The notes beneath the pieces were generated by a model that ran no database searches, was not told the DNA's origin, and saw only the letters and a list, made by a program, of their open reading frames with translations. The translations under genes and the position numbers were made by a program. 64,000 nucleotides of DNA from Reyranella sp. (GTDB lineage Bacteria; Pseudomonadota; Alphaproteobacteria; Reyranellales; Reyranellaceae), in assembly GCA_035501235.1 (NCBI GenBank), contig DATJWN010000361.1, forward strand, positions 11,948 to 75,947, read 5' to 3'. How positions within the stretch are numbered: position 1 is the first letter of the stretch; each line of letters opens with the position of its first letter. This document shows, one piece after another, positions 9,911-18,263 of the stretch.

Positions 9911-10561
9911 CTAGGCCACCGCCACGGGCTGTGTGGGAACTGTGAGCGCCTGAAGCACGATCGCCTCGGCGGTGAAGCGCCAGGTGCGCGAGGCGTGGAC
10001 CGGCGACAGCCGAAGCTGCTCGCGCATGTTCATCCAGCTGTCGAGACCGAAGGCGACATCGAGAGAGTCGAGCACGAGATCGTGCGAGGCGGGATCGAGA
10101 TTGCCGAGCTCGGTGGCAAACCATGCGGCGAGACGCTCGCGCAGAAGGCGGCGCAACTGGGCGACACCGAGGCCAACAGCGGGCGCCACGCTGCGCACGC
10201 GCTCGGCGAAGTGCCACACCGGCAGCCACTCCTCGAACAGCTCGGAACGATCCGACACCAGGAGCTCGATGCGGTTGGAGAGCGGCGCCGCCATGTCGAC
10301 CGGACGATGGCCCTCGAAGGCACGGCTGACGGCGAGGTCGAAGGCCGCGGCATAGAGGTCGGCGAGGCTGGTGAAATGCTGGAAGAGCGCCCGGCTGGAA
10401 ACGCCGGCGATGGTGGCGATGGCGGCCGAGGTCGGCTCGACGTCGCCGGCCTGGATCAGGTCGAGCGTGGCCTGCACGAGGGCCTGGCGCGTGCGGAGAC
10501 CGCGTACGATGCGGCCGTCTTGCGACCGCGACACGTCGACCGGGAATCCGACAATTTTCAT
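9911..10561 (-). CDS. TetR/AcrR family transcriptional regulator
   Basis: RTRQALVQATLDLI...PTSAAIATIAGVSSRALFQHF helix-turn-helix. Confidence 0.9.
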   Translation of the reverse strand: MKIVGFPVDVSRSQDGRIVRGLRTRQALVQATLDLIQAGDVEPTSAAIATIAGVSSRALFQHFTSLADLYAAAFDLAVSRAFEGHRPVDMAAPLSNRIELLVSDRSELFEEWLPVWHFAERVRSVAPAVGLGVAQLRRLLRERLAAWFATELGNLDPASHDLVLDSLDVAFGLDSWMNMREQLRLSPVHASRTWRFTAEAIVLQALTVPTQPVAVA

Positions 10562-10626
10562 ATTAAAACCAATAGAATATGAATTGCTTTAATGACCGCA
10601 CTTTAACATGAGGCTCAGACCTCGTA

Positions 10627-10646
10627 ACTTGCAAAAATGCATATCT
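10627..10646. promoter_or_regulatory. Repeated upstream box ACTTGCAAAAATGCATATCT, copy 1
   Basis: Identical 20-mer at 11098-11117; 17-nt core again at 15646-15662; about 65 nt upstream of the tetR start. Confidence 0.6.
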
Positions 10647-10825
10647 CGAAGATTTCATGCTCTGATTTTGCTGCATTTTTTTTTTGAGATAGACAGTTTT
10701 GGGGGATCTGATGCTTCAGGCAAACAGCAAAAAGCCGCACCCCGAAGCGCCTAGTCGATTGCTTTTCCTAATTTTTCCGAGGCCGTCAACCGACCGGCTG
10801 TGGATGACGAGTGGAAGATTGGGCC

Positions 10826-10985
10826 CAGAAATGGAAAGGCCGGTCGCTTGGGGAACGACCGGCCTTCCTTGGGAGTCCGCCTGGGTGTGGGGTTATCGAA
10901 GCCTTGGGGTGTGTGGGAAGGGAGGCTTCGATGAGCGGCTTGGGGAGCCGCCGGCGGACTATGGGAAACTTTGGGTGGGCGGCGC
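10826..10985 (-). ncRNA. Candidate C-rich-loop small RNA, copy B (stand-alone; 5' end uncertain)
   Basis: Minus strand: AGUCCGCC/GGCGGACU closing stem enclosing GCGGC[UCCCCAA]GCCGC and UCGAAGCC[UCCCUUCCCACACACCCCAA]GGCUUCGA, then the same 37-nt terminal hairpin as copy A followed by AUUUCU; no credible ORF. Confidence 0.55.
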
Positions 10986-11097
10986 CTCTTGGAAAGCGCG
11001 GCCAATTCTGTGTGAAAAAAGCCTTTCAGATATGAATTACAACTAGCTACGAACGTCTCTAATGGAGAGAACTTAACAAATCAGGTGGCCGACTGTC

Positions 11098-11117
11098 ACT
11101 TGCAAAAATGCATATCT
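11098..11117. promoter_or_regulatory. Repeated upstream box ACTTGCAAAAATGCATATCT, copy 2
   Basis: Exact match to 10627-10646, in the AT-rich intergenic region upstream of sRNA candidate B. Confidence 0.6.
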
Positions 11118-11405
11118 GATTTTTGACAAATCCCTTATTTCCTAAGTATTCGCAGGCGTTTGTGACACTAGATAGTCAAAAAAGGGTAGACAGACTCCTC
11201 GAGAATTATCTCTATTTCCCCTCTTTCCAATTTAAAATCATATAGTTAGCCAATTTTTGGCGGCGCAATATCGCCGACGTCAGTGCAATTACTCTAGAAA
11301 CCAGGTTTGGGCAACAAAGGGTCGCGCTCGGGCCTGTGGGTTCGTGCCGGCTTTCCATGCTAGACGAACGCGCCCTCATTGCCTTCGCGGGGTTCGATCG
11401 TGCGC

Positions 11406-11897
11406 ATGCTTCGTTGTCGTCGTGGTGCCGTCGCCTTGTGCGTCTCGATTGCTCTCACCGGTCTCGCGCGCACCGGGCTTGCTTCGGGCATCGAGGACGG
11501 GATGAAGTCGATGCAGGCCGGCGATCTCGCGAAAGCGGAGAAGGATCTGCAGGTGCTGGCGAAGGAGCGCGATCCGCGCGCGCAGTTCCTGCTCGGCCTC
11601 TATGTCTACGGCAATCCCGATTCCAAGTTGTTCGACATGAGCAAGGCGGTGCCTCTGCTGCTCGATGCCGCCGAACGCGGCTACACGCCCGCCATGATCC
11701 CGCTCGCCGGCGCCTATGCCGACGGCAAGGGCGTGCCCAAGAGCATGAGCGAAGCCTACAAGTGGCTGGTGATCGCGCAGCGCTGGCACGTGCCGAATGC
11801 CGATCAACTCATCGGCCAGATATCGAGTTCGCTCAGACCCGACGAGATCGAACAGGCGAAGACCGCGGGCGCCGCCTTCACCTTCAAGACGAAATGA
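11406..11897 (+). CDS. Secreted Sel1-like repeat protein
   Basis: Signal peptide then AQFLLGLY, AAERGYTPAMIPLAGAYADGKGVPKS..EAYKW repeats. Confidence 0.85.
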   Translation: MLRCRRGAVALCVSIALTGLARTGLASGIEDGMKSMQAGDLAKAEKDLQVLAKERDPRAQFLLGLYVYGNPDSKLFDMSKAVPLLLDAAERGYTPAMIPLAGAYADGKGVPKSMSEAYKWLVIAQRWHVPNADQLIGQISSSLRPDEIEQAKTAGAAFTFKTK

Positions 11898-13120
11898 TCG
11901 CGGCGCGGGTGGCGCTGCACGTAGCGCTGTCCCTTGTCCTCGCCGGCGCGTTGCTGTTCGCGCACGGCAATGCGCGCGCGCAACCGGCCGATGCCTCGGA
12001 TGTGGCCCCGCCGCTGCGCCCCGCCGTCACCGCCTACCGCGCCGGCGACCTGCCGACCGCCGAGCAGGCCTTGCGCAAGCTGGTCGCGGAAGACGCCGAC
12101 GCTGAAGCCTGGCTTGGCGCGGTGCTGCTCGACCGCGGCAACAATCGCGAGGGCCTGCAGGCCTTGCAGCACGCCGTCGATCGCGGCTCGTCGGAAGGCG
12201 CGCAGCGGCTCGCACTGGTTTTCGCCGAAGGTCTTGCCGGCACGCCGCGCAACGATGCCAAGGCCGTCGCGCTCTTCCAGAAGGCCGCGGAGGCCGGCAA
12301 CCGGCGCGCCCAGCTCGATCTCGGCGTCCTCTACCTGCGCGGCCAGGGCGTCACGCGCGATCTCCTGCAGGCCCGCGCCTGGCTCGAGAAGGCCGCGAGC
12401 GACGACAATCCCTACGCGCTCTATACGCTGGGGCGCGCGCTCGAGGAGACCGAAGGCGCGGCGGCGGCCGATCCGACTCGTGCCGCCGACCTCTATCGAC
12501 GCGCCGCGGAAAAGGGCCATCCGCTCGCCGCGCTGCGCTATGGCCTCGCCCTCACCGAAGGCACCGGCATCAAGCGCGACGATGATACCGCGCAGCGTTG
12601 GCTGATCGCCGCGCAGCAAGCCGGCGTTCCGGAAGCGGCCCTCGCCATGGGCGACATGGCCGCCCGTCGCGCCGTGCGCGACAGGGCGGGGCGCGAGAAG
12701 CTGGTGCAGACCGCCGCCACCTGGTACCGCACGGCGGCCGATGCAGGCGTCGCTTCGGCACAGTACAAGCTCGCCAGCGCCTACTTCGCGGGCGCCGGCG
12801 TCGATCGCGACATGGTGCAGGCGCAGATCTGGTACAGCCGCGCCGCCCAGCAGGGACTGCCCGACGCGCAGCAGGCGCTCGGGCTTCTGCTGATCGGCGG
12901 CAAGGCCGGCGCCGCCGATCCGGTCGAAGGCTACAAGTGGCTGCTGCTGGCCGAGCGCGGCGGCTTTCCCGACGCCAAGGAAATTCGCGAGAAGATGGCG
13001 AAGCAGGTGAGCGACGCCGATCGCAAGAAGGGCGAAGCGCTGGCCAAGGCCTTCGCGCCCGTCGTGGAGCGTCCTATGGATACCGCGCCGCCGCCGCTCA
13101 AGCCGATGCCACGTCCCTGA
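11894..13120 (+). CDS. Secreted Sel1-like repeat protein (about 7 repeats)
   Basis: ATGA overlap with the previous gene; signal peptide; repeated AQLDLGVLYLRGQGV, AQYKLASAYFAGAGVDRD units. Confidence 0.9.
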   Translation: MIAARVALHVALSLVLAGALLFAHGNARAQPADASDVAPPLRPAVTAYRAGDLPTAEQALRKLVAEDADAEAWLGAVLLDRGNNREGLQALQHAVDRGSSEGAQRLALVFAEGLAGTPRNDAKAVALFQKAAEAGNRRAQLDLGVLYLRGQGVTRDLLQARAWLEKAASDDNPYALYTLGRALEETEGAAAADPTRAADLYRRAAEKGHPLAALRYGLALTEGTGIKRDDDTAQRWLIAAQQAGVPEAALAMGDMAARRAVRDRAGREKLVQTAATWYRTAADAGVASAQYKLASAYFAGAGVDRDMVQAQIWYSRAAQQGLPDAQQALGLLLIGGKAGAADPVEGYKWLLLAERGGFPDAKEIREKMAKQVSDADRKKGEALAKAFAPVVERPMDTAPPPLKPMPRP

Positions 13121-13133
13121 GCGGCCAACGCTC

Positions 13134-13598
13134 ATGACCACGCCGCCGCTTCCCCGCCAGGCGCGTCCCGACATCACGCTTGCCGTGTGCCGCGGCGCCT
13201 GCCGGCTGATGCGCCAGTCGGGCCGCTCGGTGCTGCTGGAGATGCCGCTGCCCGATGGGCGCCGCGCCGACATCTTCTGCGTCGGGCCTGCGGGCGAGCT
13301 CGTGATCGTCGAGACCAAATCCTCGATCGAGGATTGGAAGGTCGACAGCAAGTGGCCGGACTATCTCGACTGGTGCGACCTGCTCTATGTCGCGGTCCCC
13401 GTCGATTTCCCGCAGGCGCTCATCCCCCAGGAAGTCGGATTGATCGTGGCCGACGCCTATGGCGGCGAAGTCCTGCGCCACCCGCCGCGCCGGCCCGTGG
13501 CGGCCGCGCGGCGCAAGTCGTTGCTGGTCGATTGCGCGCGGCTCGCCTCGGAGCGACTCGCGCGGCTTGAAGACCCGGACTTCGTTCAGGGCCTTTAG
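13134..13598 (+). CDS. mmcB: MmcB family DNA repair protein
   Basis: [48 protein letters not shown]; PD-(D/E)XK-like family typical of Alphaproteobacteria. Confidence 0.85.
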   Translation: MTTPPLPRQARPDITLAVCRGACRLMRQSGRSVLLEMPLPDGRRADIFCVGPAGELVIVETKSSIEDWKVDSKWPDYLDWCDLLYVAVPVDFPQALIPQEVGLIVADAYGGEVLRHPPRRPVAAARRKSLLVDCARLASERLARLEDPDFVQGL

Positions 13599-14881
13599 CG
13601 GGCGCCGAAGGCGCGCTTCAGCTCCGGCACGAGGTCGGTCTTCTCCCACGAGAAGCTGCCGTCCTTCTCGGGCTTGCGGCCGAAATGGCCGTAGGCTGCG
13701 GTCTTCTTGTAGATCGGCTTGTTGAGCGCGAGGCCGCGGCGGATGTTGGTCGGACGCAGCGGGAAGATGTCTGCCAGCGCCTTCTCGAGCTTGCGCTCGT
13801 CGACCTTGCCGGTGCCCTGCGTGTCGACATAGAGCGACATCGGATCGGCGACGCCGATCGCGTAGGCGACCTGGATCAGGCAGCGATCGGCGAGGCCCGA
13901 GGCCACGACATTCTTGGCGAGATAGCGCGCGGCGTAGGCGGCCGAGCGGTCGACCTTGGTCGGGTCCTTGCCGGAGAAAGCGCCGCCGCCGTGCGGAGCG
14001 TAGCCGCCGTAGGTGTCGACGATGATCTTGCGGCCCGTCAGGCCGCAATCGCCGTCGGGACCGCCGACCACGAAGTTGCCGGTCGGGTTGACGAAGAAGT
14101 CCGACGCCTTCTTGGGCATCCAGCCCTCCGGCAGGGACTTCGCGACATGGTCCGCGATCATCTCCTTGATCATGGCGGAGTTGTACTTCTTGCCCTTGGC
14201 ATTGGCCTCGCGGTGCTGCGTGGAGACGACGACCTTGGTCGCGCCGACGGCCTTGCCATTGACGTAGCGCACCGTCACCTGGCTCTTGGCGTCGGGCTGA
14301 AGGTCGCCGAGCTCGCCCGAGCGGCGGGCCTTGCTCAGCACTTCCAGGATCTTGTGGCTGAAGTAGATCGGGGCCGGCATGAACGAGCCCTTCTCGTATT
14401 CCTCCGAATCGCGGCAGGCGAAGCCGAACATCAGGCCCTGGTCGCCGGCGCCTTCCTGCTCGCCGAGATTGCCGCCGTGCTTCTTGGCATTCACGCCCAT
14501 GGCGATGTCGGGCGACTGGCCGTGCAGCAGCACCTCGACGTCGGCGCCGTGGAAGGAGAAGCCATCCTGGTCGTAGCCGATGTCTTCCACGACCTCGCGC
14601 GCGATCTCGGTCAGCGCCTCGCGGTTGACGACCGCATGCTTGCCGAACTTCTTCATGTAGGGCGCAGAAGCGCGGCCTTCGCCCGCGATCACGATCTTGT
14701 TCGTGGTCACCAGCGTCTCGCAGCCCAGCCGCGTGTTGGCGTGGCTGTCGTCGGCGATGCCGAGCTTCACGTCGTTGGCGATGAACGCGTCGAGGATCGC
14801 ATCCGAGATCTGGTCGCTGACCTTGTCCGGATGGCCTTCGGAAACGGATTCAGAGGTGAAGAGATAGTCCTTGAGCGCCAC
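13595..14881 (-). CDS. metK: S-adenosylmethionine synthetase
   Basis: [42 protein letters not shown]; GTG start. Confidence 0.98.
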   Translation of the reverse strand: MALKDYLFTSESVSEGHPDKVSDQISDAILDAFIANDVKLGIADDSHANTRLGCETLVTTNKIVIAGEGRASAPYMKKFGKHAVVNREALTEIAREVVEDIGYDQDGFSFHGADVEVLLHGQSPDIAMGVNAKKHGGNLGEQEGAGDQGLMFGFACRDSEEYEKGSFMPAPIYFSHKILEVLSKARRSGELGDLQPDAKSQVTVRYVNGKAVGATKVVVSTQHREANAKGKKYNSAMIKEMIADHVAKSLPEGWMPKKASDFFVNPTGNFVVGGPDGDCGLTGRKIIVDTYGGYAPHGGGAFSGKDPTKVDRSAAYAARYLAKNVVASGLADRCLIQVAYAIGVADPMSLYVDTQGTGKVDERKLEKALADIFPLRPTNIRRGLALNKPIYKKTAAYGHFGRKPEKDGSFSWEKTDLVPELKRAFGAR

Positions 14882-14933
14882 AGCACCCTCCCAAGTGTCA
14901 CTGGACTCCGGGCAGGGCGGGTGAGCCGCACGT

Positions 14934-14986
14934 CCGGCTTAGCCTTTGTTATCGCGGTGGCAAGTCGTCCAAATCCGTCCGCGGCG
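14934..14986 (-). promoter_or_regulatory. SAM-II (SAM-alpha) riboswitch upstream of metK
   Basis: Minus strand CGCGG-ACGGATTTGGACGACTTGCCA-CCGCG-ATAACAAAG-GCTAAGCCGG: P1 stem with the GAUUUG, UUGC and GCUAA hallmarks. Confidence 0.7.
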
Positions 14987-15085
14987 ACGTCCCTCCGGAC
15001 CAAGCCGGGCGACGCCGCGCCGTTAAAAACTCTAAATGTCGGGGGAAATCAAGACCCCTCCCTCTCGGGAGAGGCGCGAGGCCCT

Positions 15086-15544
15086 TCAGCGGCCTTTGCG
15101 GCCGCCCAGGACCTCGGCATGGCTGGCCGCACCCACGGCCTTCACCATCTCGAAGATGCGCTTGCGCACGCGGCCTTCGCGGATCTTGTAGTAGGCGCGC
15201 ACCAGCTCCAGCGTCTCGCGCTTGATGAGCGGATCCTTCTCCTGCTCGAAGGGCGTCGCCGCCTCACCGAAGCCGCCTTTGCGGCCGCGGCCCGACATCG
15301 GGCGGCCGGCCAGCGCATTCGACGGCATCTCGTCGAAGAAATAGGAAACAGGAACGTCGAGCACCTTGGCGAACTCGAAGAGGCGGCTCGAACCGATGCG
15401 GTTGGAGCCACGCTCGTACTTCTGGATCTGCTGGAAGGTCAGTCCGACAGCCGTGCCGAGCTTCTCCTGGCTCATGCCAAGAAGCGTGCGCCGTTGGCGC
15501 ATTCTGGCTCCGACGTGAACGTCAACCGGATGCGATCTTGCCAT
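15086..15544 (-). CDS. phrR: XRE/Cro-cI family HTH regulator (PhrR/PraR-like)
   Basis: HPVDVHVGARMRQRRTLLGMSQEKLGTAVGLTFQQIQKYERGSNRIGSSRL; conserved position between lnt and metK. Confidence 0.8.
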   Translation of the reverse strand: MARSHPVDVHVGARMRQRRTLLGMSQEKLGTAVGLTFQQIQKYERGSNRIGSSRLFEFAKVLDVPVSYFFDEMPSNALAGRPMSGRGRKGGFGEAATPFEQEKDPLIKRETLELVRAYYKIREGRVRKRIFEMVKAVGAASHAEVLGGRKGR

Positions 15545-15645
15545 GGGTCTTGATCCCTCTTGGTCTTGGTTCGGCTAGCAGCATGCCGTTGTAAAAACCA
15601 ACGCGCCAGATACCATGGATTGCATCTGGTTCGCGCCGCCTTGTG

Positions 15646-15662
15646 TGCAAAAATGCATATCT
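15646..15662. promoter_or_regulatory. Repeated upstream box TGCAAAAATGCATATCT, copy 3
   Basis: Exact 17-nt match to the two boxes near 10630 and 11101; about 100 nt upstream of the XRE start, same orientation relative to the gene. Confidence 0.6.
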
Positions 15663-15719
15663 ACACGTCAAGGCTGCATATGACATATGACGGCCTTGCC
15701 AAGATTGCAAGCTCAACCT

Positions 15720-17252
15720 CTACAACTTGGTCGAGCGAATCGCTTCACTTCCAAAACGCATCTCGCACCAACTTGTGACGACAATCGCAACGGCGAACGC
15801 TGCAATTAGAGCGAGCAGAGTCAGGTCGTGCCACTCAGCGTACGGCGTCGCCGAACGCCGCGGTGGCAGGGTATGGTCGATGATTCCCTGCTGCTCCATG
15901 TCGAGCGATGCCAGCACGCGGCCATAGGCATCGATGACCGCCGACACGCCGGTGTTGGCGGCGCGGATCATGGGCAGGCCTTCCTCGATGGTACGCAACC
16001 GCGCGCTCGTAAAGTGCTGATAGGGGCCCGTGGAAACCCCGAACCAGGCATCGTTGGTCACGTTGAGCAGCCAGCTCGGACGCGGCCCCGGTCCGGTGAC
16101 GGCACCGGGAAAAACCGCCTCGAAGCAGATCACCGGCGAGAAGGCCGGCAGGCCCGGTGGCGCGAGCGTGACCTGACCATCGCCCATCTCGAACGAGCCG
16201 CGACCCGTCAATCCGGCGAGCGGCGCGATCTCCTTGTGGAAGGGAATGTACTCGCCGAACGGCACGAGGTGGACCTTGTCGTAGTAGGCCGCGATCGCGC
16301 CGCCCGAATCGATGACAAGCAGCGAATTCCACAGCCCATCGGCGCGGCGTCTGGTTGCGCGAATCGCACCGGTCAGCAGGTACCCGCCCGGCGGGGCCGC
16401 CAAGGCGAGAGTGGGCAGCGCGGGCGAATTGGGCGTGACCACGAAGGGCACGGCCGTCTCCGGCCAGATGACGGCCGCGAGCTTCTCGAACCCCGGCTTG
16501 CGACTGAGCGCCAGGAGCTTGTGCACTTCCGGGGCTTCGCTGCCCTCGCGCCATTTGTCCGCTTGCGGCGTATTGGGCTGCACGATGCGCACGATCGGTC
16601 CCTCGGCCGCTTCATCGATCGGCGGCATGATGCGCATGCCGAGCCCGCCTGCGACGCCGACGACGGCGAGCGCGGCGACGGCTGCGCGCCAGCCCGCGGC
16701 GGGCGCGGCAAGCACGACGAAGCTGAGCATGCCGAGACCGTAGACGCCGAACAGCCCCGCGCTCTGCAACAGGGCTGGCGAGAAAGCCCAGACATGGCCA
16801 AGCGGATTCCACGGATCGCCGGTGAAGATGTGGCCGCGCAGCCATTCCAGCGCCGTCCAGGCGATCGCCAGCATCAGCAGGCGCGTCCAGCGGCCAGCAA
16901 GGACCGGCCAGCGCAACGCGAGCCAACGCGTGCCGCCAGCGGCGAGTCCCGGAAAGAGGCCGAGGACGACGGCAAGCCCCAGTACCGCCGGCGGGCCGAG
17001 CCAGGCGAAATCGGCGGGCGGCACGAAGAAGGCCTCGATCATCCAGTAGGAACCGACGGCGAAGTGGCCGAGACCCCAGGCCCAGCCGCGCAACAGCGCG
17101 ATCCGCGCCGTGGGCGAGGCGTCCCACTGCCAGACGAAGACAACGATGCCCAGGATGGCGAGCGGCAGCCAATGAAGCGGCGGCATGGCGAGCGCGGCGA
17201 GCGCACCGGCCAGCAGGCCCACCGCCAAGGCGCGTCTTCCCTGGAACATCAT
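15720..17252 (-). CDS. lnt: Apolipoprotein N-acyltransferase
   Basis: Multiple transmembrane helices, VQPN, WPETA, YDKVHLVPFGEYIP, ICFE, TNDAWFG, RAANTGVS; start placed at MMFQGRR after the corC stop. Confidence 0.95.
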   Translation of the reverse strand: MMFQGRRALAVGLLAGALAALAMPPLHWLPLAILGIVVFVWQWDASPTARIALLRGWAWGLGHFAVGSYWMIEAFFVPPADFAWLGPPAVLGLAVVLGLFPGLAAGGTRWLALRWPVLAGRWTRLLMLAIAWTALEWLRGHIFTGDPWNPLGHVWAFSPALLQSAGLFGVYGLGMLSFVVLAAPAAGWRAAVAALAVVGVAGGLGMRIMPPIDEAAEGPIVRIVQPNTPQADKWREGSEAPEVHKLLALSRKPGFEKLAAVIWPETAVPFVVTPNSPALPTLALAAPPGGYLLTGAIRATRRRADGLWNSLLVIDSGGAIAAYYDKVHLVPFGEYIPFHKEIAPLAGLTGRGSFEMGDGQVTLAPPGLPAFSPVICFEAVFPGAVTGPGPRPSWLLNVTNDAWFGVSTGPYQHFTSARLRTIEEGLPMIRAANTGVSAVIDAYGRVLASLDMEQQGIIDHTLPPRRSATPYAEWHDLTLLALIAAFAVAIVVTSWCEMRFGSEAIRSTKL

Positions 17253-17268
17253 CTGCAGGATGGGTCGA

Positions 17269-18213
17269 TCAGGTCGCGGCGGGCGGCGATTGCGGCGGGC
17301 GCACGCGCAGCCGACGGATGCGGCGCGGATCGACATCGAGGATCTCGAACTCGACGCCGGACGGATGGCGCACCACCTCGCCGCGCTCGGGAATGCGCCC
17401 CAGCAGGGAGAAGATCAGCCCGCCCACCGTGTCGATCTCCTCGCGCTCGTCCTCCGACAGCACGTTGCCGATCTCCTGCTCGAGCATCTCGACCGGCGTG
17501 CGGCCGTTGACGTCGATCGTGCCGTCGGCGCGGCGCGACAGGGTCGGTGCCTGAGCCACGTCATGCTCGTCCTCGATCTCGCCCACGATCTCCTCGACGA
17601 GATCCTCGATGGTGAGCAGACCGTCGGTGCCGCCGAACTCGTCGACAACCAGCGCCATGTGCGTGCGCGAGCGGCGCATGTCGAGCAGCATGTCGAGCAC
17701 GGGAAGTGTCGGCGCCACGAACACCACGCGCCGCAATATATCGCGCAGGTTGAATTTCTTCGACGTGCCCCAGTAGGCGAGCACGTCCTTGATGTGGACC
17801 ATGCCGATCACATCGTCGAGCGTCTCGCGATGGACCGGATAGCGCGAATGCGCCTCGGTCTGGATCAGGCGCACGACGTCGTCGAGCGGCGTGTCGGCGG
17901 CGATGGCGACGATGTCGACCCGGGGCACCATCACGTCGGCGACGGTCTTGTCGCGCAGCTTCAGGATGTTGGCGAGGAGATGGCGCTGGTCGTCGCTGAT
18001 CGGCGTGTCGCTCTCGGGCGTCTCCTCGATCAGCTCCTCGATCGCCTCGCGCACGGCTTCGTTCTTCTCGCGCCGGCGGAGCCGACGCAGGAAGGCACGC
18101 AGAAGCCCGCCATTGGAAGGAACATCGGGCGCCAGCGCGGGCGCAGTGAGGTCGGGCCCATCCGACACCGGAGAGGAGCCCGGCTGCGGTCCGCGCGCTG
18201 TGGAGTCCGGCAT
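17269..18213 (-). CDS. corC: CBS/transporter-associated domain protein (Mg/Co efflux, hemolysin-like)
   Basis: VADVMVPRVDI, HSRYPV, ALVVDEFGGTDGLLTIEDLVEEIVGEIEDEHD, CorC_HlyC-type tail. Confidence 0.92.
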   Translation of the reverse strand: MPDSTARGPQPGSSPVSDGPDLTAPALAPDVPSNGGLLRAFLRRLRRREKNEAVREAIEELIEETPESDTPISDDQRHLLANILKLRDKTVADVMVPRVDIVAIAADTPLDDVVRLIQTEAHSRYPVHRETLDDVIGMVHIKDVLAYWGTSKKFNLRDILRRVVFVAPTLPVLDMLLDMRRSRTHMALVVDEFGGTDGLLTIEDLVEEIVGEIEDEHDVAQAPTLSRRADGTIDVNGRTPVEMLEQEIGNVLSEDEREEIDTVGGLIFSLLGRIPERGEVVRHPSGVEFEILDVDPRRIRRLRVRPPQSPPAAT

Positions 18214-18263
18214 GGCTGCTAAGATAGGCTAACGATCTTGCGTTTCAATTGCGAAGGTTCCTG

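Noticed and set aside
10630-10646. Reading the 17-nt box as a sigma-54 promoter (TTGCA at -12)
   Set aside because: No GG/TGGCAC element at the required -24 spacing on either strand in any of the three copies.
9796-10869. 37-nt direct repeat considered as a CRISPR array or transposon ends
   Set aside because: Only two copies, about 1 kb apart with a TetR gene between; no spacers, cas genes, transposase or target duplication; orientation is direct, not inverted.
10699-11046. ORFs overlapping the second hairpin cluster (10699..11046 +, 10751..11005 -, 10811..11035 +)
   Set aside because: No ribosome-binding site, atypical codons and no domain; the sequence is better explained by RNA structure.
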